Assembly (NCBI GenBank): GCA_003133025.1
Contig: PKZK01000159.1
Coordinates: 223-17,207, forward strand
DNA from: Vulcanimicrobiota bacterium
GTDB taxonomy: Bacteria > Vulcanimicrobiota > Vulcanimicrobiia > Vulcanimicrobiales > Vulcanimicrobiaceae
Direction of reading: 5' to 3'
Length of the DNA stretch: 16,985 nt
The first letter of the stretch is position 1, and each line of letters begins with the position of its first letter. The position numbers were made by a program, and so were the translations under genes. The notes under the pieces were generated by a model. It saw only the letters and a list, made by a program, of their open reading frames with translations, searched no databases and was not told where the DNA came from. Positions 7,592-13,700 of this stretch are shown here, piece by piece.

Positions 7592-8943
7592 CGTTCGAGG
7601 GGCTGGCCGGCGTCCTCGACGCACTGCAAGCCGGCATCCTGTTGGATGCTGTCGTGAGCGCGGCGCGTGTAGACGCGCAATTCGGCGATGTCGCGCGGGA
7701 AGATGAGGCCCAGCGACCAGTCGAATGCGACGCGAAACTGACGATCCCGACCGGGCAGGCGCAGGAGATAATACGTTCGCCAGAGCGCCCAGGCCCAAAA
7801 GCCGGTCAGCAGCCATTTTCCGCGAATTCCCGCGACGCCGCGCCGACCGCCGAGCGAAGCCATCATGCCCATGGCCTCGTATGCGAACGTTTTGGTCGGT
7901 TCTCCGCGCAACGTGGCGACGATGTTCGCCGCAAGCACCGGACCTTCGCGAATGGCGTGTTGCGCCGTCGCCGGATACGTGCCGCCCTTGGGATGCGCGA
8001 TCGAAGCACAGTCGCCGATGGCCCACACGCCGGGATAGCCGGGCACCGACAGATCCGGCGCGACGCCGATCGATCCACCGCGGCCGGTTGCGATCGGCAG
8101 TCCGGTCACGAGCGGGGAGGGCTTGACGCCCGCGCTCCACACGATCGTGGCCGTGCGCAGCGTGCGTCCGTCCTTGAGACGCAGACCCTCGTCGTCGGCG
8201 CCCGCAACGAGCGCCTCCAGCCACACCCGCACGCCGCGCCGTTCCAGCGCGCGCGCACTGTATTCGCCCATCCCGGCCTGCAACTCGGGCAGCAACTTTT
8301 TCCCGCCTTCGATCAGGTAGATTTCGACCTCGCTCGGCGAGACGCGCGGATAGAAGCGCAGAATGCTCTTGAAGAAGTCGACCATTTCGCCCGCCGCTTC
8401 CACGCCCGTAAAACCGCCGCCGACGAAGACGAAGGTCAGCAGTCGCTTTCGCTGCACCGGGTCGAGCGCGTCGTCGGCACGCTCGAGCATGGCGATCGCG
8501 TGGTTGCGCAGACGTTCCGCGTCTTCGAGCGTCTTGAGCGGCAGCGAACGTTCGGCGATGCCGGGCAAGTTGAACGTCGAGGTCACCGAGCCGACGGCGA
8601 AGACGAGCTGATCGTAGTCCTCGGTCCGCCGTGCGTCGTTGAGGATCGAGACCAACTCGACGGTACGAGCCTGCAGGTCGATCGAACGGATGTCGGCGAG
8701 GATGAAATGCGAGCGGCGGAGCTGCGCGCGCACCGGCGTCACCACGTGCCGCGTCTCGAGATTGCCGGAGGAAACTTCCGGCAACATCGGCGTGAATAAC
8801 GAGAAATTGTCGCGGCTCACGATCGTGATCTCGGCCTCGTCCGGCCGCAGCAGACGCTCGAGTTCGCGAGCAGTCTTCATCCCGCCGAAACCGCCGCCGA
8901 GGATCAGAATGCGGCGCTTCGCCGCGGATCCGTTTTGGCTCAT
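7588..8943 (-). CDS. ndh: Type II NADH:quinone oxidoreductase (NDH-2), 451 aa
   Basis: ILILGGGFGG (FAD), FTPMLPEVSSG, VFVGGGFTGVE (NADH), WSAGV, WAIGDCA, ATAQHA and a C-terminal amphipathic region (AWALWRTYYL). Start placed at ATG 8943 (MSQNG...), which overlaps the stop of an upstream small ORF. Confidence 0.93.
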   Translation of the reverse strand: MSQNGSAAKRRILILGGGFGGMKTARELERLLRPDEAEITIVSRDNFSLFTPMLPEVSSGNLETRHVVTPVRAQLRRSHFILADIRSIDLQARTVELVSILNDARRTEDYDQLVFAVGSVTSTFNLPGIAERSLPLKTLEDAERLRNHAIAMLERADDALDPVQRKRLLTFVFVGGGFTGVEAAGEMVDFFKSILRFYPRVSPSEVEIYLIEGGKKLLPELQAGMGEYSARALERRGVRVWLEALVAGADDEGLRLKDGRTLRTATIVWSAGVKPSPLVTGLPIATGRGGSIGVAPDLSVPGYPGVWAIGDCASIAHPKGGTYPATAQHAIREGPVLAANIVATLRGEPTKTFAYEAMGMMASLGGRRGVAGIRGKWLLTGFWAWALWRTYYLLRLPGRDRQFRVAFDWSLGLIFPRDIAELRVYTRRAHDSIQQDAGLQCVEDAGQPLER

Positions 8944-9074
8944 CGCGGCCGGCCGAACCAATCGATCCACGGGTGCCAGACGAGCAAAGCCCAGGCGACG
9001 AACAGCAGCGCGAGGGCCAGCCACAGGCCCGCGGCTATCAGTTTGCTCCGGTTTCCGCTCGGCGGCGCGCTCAG
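8940..9074 (-). CDS. Small single-pass membrane protein (~44 aa) coupled to ndh
   Basis: Sequence (M)SAPPSGNRSKLIAAGLWLALALLFVAWALLVWHPWIDWFGRPR forms a clean TM helix. Its TGA overlaps the ndh ATG (ATGA). GGAG lies 8 nt upstream of an in-frame CTG at 9074; the start is uncertain. Confidence 0.6.
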   Translation of the reverse strand: MSAPPSGNRSKLIAAGLWLALALLFVAWALLVWHPWIDWFGRPR

Positions 9075-9182
9075 CGACGGGACTCCGTGGCAGTCATCGC
9101 GGCTGGCTTCGTGACGTCGGCAGTGGTTGTCCCGTCGCGCACCGTCTTTTTGTAGACGCTGTAAACAAGTTTCGCGAATTCC

Positions 9183-9207
9183 ATCCAAATGCGGCATGCT
9201 TGCGTCA
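9183..9207 (+). promoter_or_regulatory. Putative ECF-sigma promoter, copy 3 (ATCCAA-N14-CGTCA), upstream of the TonB-dependent receptor
   Basis: CCATCCAA at 9181-9188 and CGTCA at 9203-9207, with the same spacing as copies 1 and 2. RBS GGAGGT at 9231-9236. Confidence 0.62.
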
Positions 9208-9240
9208 TCCCTGCGAACCCGCAATCGCCCGGAGGTCGCC

Positions 9241-11616
9241 ATGTTCGCCGTCGCGGTCCTGATGCTCGTCGTGGCCGCGGCCTCTCCGGCGAGTTCGCCC
9301 TCCCCGAGCGCCTGTGCGACGTCCGCACCGCAACCGTCGGCCGCATCACCCGCGCCTTGCCCGAGCGCGAGACCGCTGAGGGAGATCGGCAAGGTGCAGG
9401 CGACCGGCCGGAACGCCAACCTCGTCGGCACGGCGGCCGCGGCCTCCGAAGGCACGATCGGCATCGAGCAGATCACCACGCGGCCGATCTTGCGCCCCGG
9501 CGAATTGCTCGAAGAGATTCCCGGTCTCGTCATCAGCCAGCACAGCGGCGAGGGCAAGGCGAATCAATACTATCTGCGCGGCTTTCAGCTCGATCACGGC
9601 ACCGATTTGGAAAGCACCGTCGACGGCATCCCGATCAACATGGTCAGCCACGCCCACGGCCAGGGCTACACCGACATCAACTGGTTGATGCCCGAGCTGG
9701 TGAGCTACGTCGAGTTCAAGAAGGGCACGTACTACGCCGATCAGGGAGATTTCTCCACCGCAGGCGCCTACAATCTCTACTTCCGCGACACCATTCCGGC
9801 GGTGACTTCCTTCGGCATCGGCGACTTCGGGTACGACCGTTTCTTCACCGCGGCTTCGCCGCAGGTCGGCATCGGACACTTGCTTTACGGCATCGAGATC
9901 TACCACGACAACGGTACCTTCGCGAAGCCGGACGAATACCATAAACTCAACGGCGTTCTTCGTTACACGATCGACAAGGGCAAGAATAACTTTGCCGTAA
10001 CGGGCTTCGCCTACAACGGTGCCTTCGATTCCACCGATCAGATTCCGCAACGTCTCGTGGATGCCGGGTTGCTCAGCCCGTTCGGATACATCGACCCGAG
10101 CGACGGCGGGAACACGACCCGCTACGCCCTCTCGGCGCAGTACCAGCACCAGGATCCCAACGGCGTCACCAAGTTCAACGCCTACGGCGTCGACTATTTC
10201 CTCGACCTCTTTTCCGACTTTACCTATTACTTGTATGACGGCAACAACTACTATAACGAAACGGCAAATCCGATCACCTGCAACGCGGCTTTCACGACCT
10301 GCACGCCCAACGCTCCCGGAGCGCAGCGCGCGCCGAACTACTCGTCGTACTGTCCGGCATACACCGCGCCGAAGAACGCTCCGCCCGATTCGATCGCGCC
10401 CGCACCGTACGACTTTCAGTGCGGTGACCAACGCGAACAGGAGGACAAACGCTTCATCTCGGGGTTCGACCTCTCTCGATCGTTCCTGACGCCGGGTTCT
10501 GCGACGACGATCGGAGCCGATACGCGCAACGACAACATCTCGACGCTCGGGCTCTTCCTGGTGCAGAACCGCGTCCGCCTGCCCGGCGGCACGTTGAGCG
10601 ACGACCACGCGGTCGAGCGAGGTTCGGACATCTACGTCAAGTCCGATATCCGCTTGAACAAATTGCGCCTCGATCCCGGCATCCGCGCCGACTACTACAC
10701 GTTCAGCGATGCGGCATACCTTCCGCACAACAGCGGCGCCGGGTCGGCGGCCATGGTGAGCCCAAAGATGAACGTCGCCTATGCCTTCAATCCGAACAGC
10801 GAGTTCTATCTCGACTACGGCAGTAGCTTCCACTCCAACGACGTACGCGGCGTCACCTACGTAGACGATCCCCAGACCCACGCTACCTTCGATTCCACGG
10901 GCTCGCCGGTGCTGCAGAACCCGTTGCTCAACCGCTCGGTCGGCGAGGAGATCGGCTATCGTTACTCGGCATCGCGGCTGACCAGCACCGTTTCGCTCTG
11001 GGAACTGTACCAGGCCAACGAATTGATCTTCGACGGCGATCACGGCACCACGTCGCTCGGGGGGCCAACGCAGCGCAAGGGCATCGAGCTGACGAATTAC
11101 TACCGGACGACCAGTTGGCTGACGCTCAACGCCGACTTGGCCACCTCAACGGCGCGCTTTCTCGACGACCCGGCGCATCAGGGCACGGGCGTGCCCGAGT
11201 CGCTCAACGGGGTCGTGCAACTGGGCGCGACCGCCGACGAGCCTCACTACGCGGCGAGCCTGATCATGCGCTACTTCGGCCCGCGCACGCTGGATACGCA
11301 GGGCGACGCGAAGTCGCCGCCGTCGACGATCTTCAACACGCAACTGACCGCCAAGTTCAACAAGAACCAGCACTTGTCGCTCGACGTTTTCAACCTGTTC
11401 AACGCGTACGCGGCCGACGTCACGTACTACTACAACTCGTGGCTGCCGTACGACGCGCAGAATCCGGCCAACGCGAACAATCCGCTGATCAATCCGGCGT
11501 TGGGCGCCAACATCGACGGCTCACCCGGCTTCAAAGGCTCGGCCGGAATTCCCGACTATCACTTTCATCCAACGGAGAAGCGCGCCGTGCGCATGACCTA
11601 CGCCACTAAGCTCTGA
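9241..11616 (+). CDS. TonB-dependent outer-membrane receptor, 791 aa, probably for metal or metal-chelate uptake
   Basis: GGAGGT RBS before ATG 9241 and a signal peptide. Plug motifs LLEEIPGLVISQHSGEGKANQYYLRGFQLDHGTD, HAHGQGY and KGTYYADQGDFSTAG. Beta-barrel strands (PGIRADYY, SPKMNVAY, LDVFNLFN) and C-terminal DYHFHPTEKR. The substrate is inferred from context only. Confidence 0.92.
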   Translation: MFAVAVLMLVVAAASPASSPSPSACATSAPQPSAASPAPCPSARPLREIGKVQATGRNANLVGTAAAASEGTIGIEQITTRPILRPGELLEEIPGLVISQHSGEGKANQYYLRGFQLDHGTDLESTVDGIPINMVSHAHGQGYTDINWLMPELVSYVEFKKGTYYADQGDFSTAGAYNLYFRDTIPAVTSFGIGDFGYDRFFTAASPQVGIGHLLYGIEIYHDNGTFAKPDEYHKLNGVLRYTIDKGKNNFAVTGFAYNGAFDSTDQIPQRLVDAGLLSPFGYIDPSDGGNTTRYALSAQYQHQDPNGVTKFNAYGVDYFLDLFSDFTYYLYDGNNYYNETANPITCNAAFTTCTPNAPGAQRAPNYSSYCPAYTAPKNAPPDSIAPAPYDFQCGDQREQEDKRFISGFDLSRSFLTPGSATTIGADTRNDNISTLGLFLVQNRVRLPGGTLSDDHAVERGSDIYVKSDIRLNKLRLDPGIRADYYTFSDAAYLPHNSGAGSAAMVSPKMNVAYAFNPNSEFYLDYGSSFHSNDVRGVTYVDDPQTHATFDSTGSPVLQNPLLNRSVGEEIGYRYSASRLTSTVSLWELYQANELIFDGDHGTTSLGGPTQRKGIELTNYYRTTSWLTLNADLATSTARFLDDPAHQGTGVPESLNGVVQLGATADEPHYAASLIMRYFGPRTLDTQGDAKSPPSTIFNTQLTAKFNKNQHLSLDVFNLFNAYAADVTYYYNSWLPYDAQNPANANNPLINPALGANIDGSPGFKGSAGIPDYHFHPTEKRAVRMTYATKL

Positions 11617-11965
11617 GCGAACCGCTTTCCGCCGTGTCGGCGAACGTGACGGCGATGCCGTCGGCAGCGAGCCAGCGCTCCAGATGGTCGACGTACTGCG
11701 CACCGAACGTATCGAGCAGGCAGCGCCGGTAGAGCCGATATGCCTCGCCCTGGCCCGTGGCGACGTAGTGTTCGAGCGAACGGCGGTGCACGGCCATGTA
11801 GCCGTCGCGCAAGCGTAAACCGCCGTGCACGAGCGACACCAACAGCTCCGTAGCCGAGGCTTCGGGCTTCAGGTCGAGGCGCTGCACGAACCACTCGTCC
11901 AGCGCGCGAGGGAGGCGCACCGAGCGGGTCGGACCGGCCCGCCCGGTGCCCGAAGGACGGCCCAT
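11606..11965 (-). CDS. Hypothetical protein (119 aa) with a ribbon-helix-helix-like N-terminus; candidate regulator
   Basis: ATG start. TRSVRLPRALDEWF...SATELLVSLVHGGL fits the RHH pattern (strand, helix, helix). Natural composition, unlike the overlapping shadow ORFs. Lies 28 bp downstream of the His-rich ORF. Confidence 0.65.
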   Translation of the reverse strand: MGRPSGTGRAGPTRSVRLPRALDEWFVQRLDLKPEASATELLVSLVHGGLRLRDGYMAVHRRSLEHYVATGQGEAYRLYRRCLLDTFGAQYVDHLERWLAADGIAVTFADTAESGSLRA

Positions 11966-11993
11966 GGCCGCCTACCGCGCCGTCGCTCGCGCT

Positions 11994-12218
11994 TTAGTGC
12001 GCGTGATCGTGGTCGTGGTCGTGATCGTGATGATGCTCGTGGTCGTGCTCGTGTCCGGCCTCGTGCGCGTGCGCGTGCTCGTGCTCGCCGTGCTCGTCGT
12101 GGCTGTGCGCGTGGGCGTGTTCGGCGTGTTCGTGGTCGTGCTCGTGGTCGTGATGCTCGTGCTCGTGCGCGTGGGCCGTGCCGTCTTCGTGCGCGTGAGC
12201 GTGGGTGTGCTCGGCCAT
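11994..12218 (-). CDS. Small His/Asp/Glu-rich putative metal-storage protein (74 aa, 33 His)
   Basis: GGAGGT lies 7 nt upstream of ATG 12218. Sequence MAEHTHAHAHEDGTAHAHEHEHHDHEH...DHDHAH, stop TAA 11996-11994. It is in frame with the upstream amidase ORF. Confidence 0.8.
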   Translation of the reverse strand: MAEHTHAHAHEDGTAHAHEHEHHDHEHDHEHAEHAHAHSHDEHGEHEHAHAHEAGHEHDHEHHHDHDHDHDHAH

Positions 12219-12791
12219 GGGGTGTACCTCCGGGAAAGGGGTGCCCGGCGCTTCTGTGCGACGCGCGGCGGAACCCTCAACGAACGCTTCCGCCATTCGG
12301 CTTATCCGGGCGCGGAGTGCGTCGCCCACGCGCTTTGCATCCTCGGGAACGAGCGGCCGAGCGTCGGCTGCGAGGCGCGCGATGTCCCACCGTTGCTCGT
12401 CGCCGGACCCAAAATAGCCGTCTTCGACCGCCGCCTCCGCGTGCGTGCCCACGAACTCCGCCCGGATCGGAATGCGATACCGCGCACAGATCGCCGCGGC
12501 CACGGCGCAGAGCGCGTCGAGCATGTCCTCGCGTAGCGGAAAGGCTCCGAAGTCGTGCGGTGCGGCGCCGGCCATGCCCGCCACCGCGAGACCGCAGGCG
12601 AACGAATTGCGACCCGCAACGTGCGCCGCGTAGCCTTCGTCCGCGGCCGAAAGCGCGCGTGCGTTCGCGCGCAGATCGGCCGTTTCGCAGACGATCGGCA
12701 GGCCGTCTTCATCGAGCGCGACGCAGAAATGATAGGCTGGGAAGACCGAGCGATAGTCTCCCGCCGTCCAGTGCAAAAAGATGCGCCGCAC
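11994..12791 (-). CDS. Amidase_2-type N-acetylmuramoyl-L-alanine amidase-like protein, reading through in frame into the His-rich protein
   Basis: Motifs RIFLHWTAG, YHF, AAHVAGRNS, ICARYRIP, GTHAE and RWD. The domain spans about 12791-12305, and there is no stop until 11994. The start is uncertain (GTG 12791 chosen). Confidence 0.75.
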   Translation of the reverse strand: MRRIFLHWTAGDYRSVFPAYHFCVALDEDGLPIVCETADLRANARALSAADEGYAAHVAGRNSFACGLAVAGMAGAAPHDFGAFPLREDMLDALCAVAAAICARYRIPIRAEFVGTHAEAAVEDGYFGSGDEQRWDIARLAADARPLVPEDAKRVGDALRARISRMAEAFVEGSAARRTEAPGTPFPEVHPMAEHTHAHAHEDGTAHAHEHEHHDHEHDHEHAEHAHAHSHDEHGEHEHAHAHEAGHEHDHEHHHDHDHDHDHAH

Positions 12792-12857
12792 CTCGATATC
12801 GGGCAGCGCCGGGCGCCACTTAGGGAGCCGCGTGCCCCGAGCGCGAAGACCGCCGAC

Positions 12858-13700
12858 GTGCAAGCTCCCGCTCCCGCTCAGCCGCCGGTCTACGAAGGCG
12901 AATACATTCCGCCGCCGCCAAAGCAGGGCGAGCGGTGGAAGACTGCCGGTACGGCCGCGGTGGGCCTGGGACTGGTCGCGGCCAAATTCAAGACGCTGCT
13001 CCTGGTTCTGCTCAATCTCAAGTGGTTCGCGGTCGGGGCGAAGGTGCTCCTGAGCGGCTTTTCGTTCTTCGCCTCGGTCTGGTTCTACGCGCTGTTTTGG
13101 GGCTGGAAATTTGCCCTGGCCTTCACGGTTTTGCTGCTCGTGCACGAGCTCGGCCACGCGCTGGTCATGCGTTTGTACGGCGTTCCCGCGAGCCTGCCGT
13201 ACTTCATCCCGGGCTTGGGCGCGTTGATCCAGTTGAAAGGCCGGCCGGCTTCGGCGCTCGAGGAAGCGTACGTCGCGCTCGGCGGCCCGCTCTTCGGAAC
13301 GCTCGGCGCGCTCGCATGTTACTTGACGGCGCAAGCCACGGGCGATCAGTTTTGGATGGCGGCGGCGTACGTCGGCTTCTTCCTCAACCTCTTCAATTTG
13401 GCGCCGGCGTTGCCGCTCGACGGCGGCCGGATCGTCGGCGCCGTTTCGCCGCGCATCTGGATCTTCGGGCTCGGGGCGCTCGTCGTGGCCGCGATTGCCT
13501 TCCATTGGTGGAACCCGCTGATCCTGATCCTCCTGCTGATGAGCGTGCCGCAAGCCATCGCCGCATGGCGCAATACCGGCAACGATGCCTACCACACGCT
13601 GACCGTTACGCAGCGCGCGGGCGTTGCGATCGCGTACTTCGGCCTGGCCGGTTTCCTGTTCGCCGCGATGCTGGCGTCGCGCGTGACCGTTCCCCACTGA
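12858..13700 (+). CDS. Site-2 protease (M50 family zinc intramembrane metalloprotease)
   Basis: Motifs HELGH, FIPGLGA, VALGGP and NLFNLAPALPLDGGRI. Start placed at GTG 12858 because the ORF-track extension overlaps the amidase gene. Confidence 0.92.
   Translation: MQAPAPAQPPVYEGEYIPPPPKQGERWKTAGTAAVGLGLVAAKFKTLLLVLLNLKWFAVGAKVLLSGFSFFASVWFYALFWGWKFALAFTVLLLVHELGHALVMRLYGVPASLPYFIPGLGALIQLKGRPASALEEAYVALGGPLFGTLGALACYLTAQATGDQFWMAAAYVGFFLNLFNLAPALPLDGGRIVGAVSPRIWIFGLGALVVAAIAFHWWNPLILILLLMSVPQAIAAWRNTGNDAYHTLTVTQRAGVAIAYFGLAGFLFAAMLASRVTVPH

Noticed and set aside
9150..9168. Rex operator upstream of ndh
   Set aside because: The Rex consensus is TTGTGAA-N4-TTCACAA (18 bp). This dyad is 19 bp and matches only the outer TTGT/ACAA, so it is kept as an unassigned dyad.
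9071..9184. 37-aa minus-strand ORF (MEFAKLVYSVYKK...) whose TGA overlaps CTG 9074
   Set aside because: It has no RBS or recognisable features and runs across the divergent promoter region. The overlap is suggestive but insufficient.
1988..11043. Long alternative-frame ORFs (1988-3370 -, 3947-5182 -, 6805-8799 +, 9346-11043 - and others)
   Set aside because: They overlap well-supported genes and carry no motifs. Such shadow ORFs are expected at this GC content.
11946..12536. 196-aa Val-rich + strand ORF resembling a membrane protein, and the Thr-rich ORF at 11972-12280
   Set aside because: These are the antisense and frame-shifted readings of the CAC/GAC/GAG codons of the His-rich gene, which has the RBS and a coherent composition.
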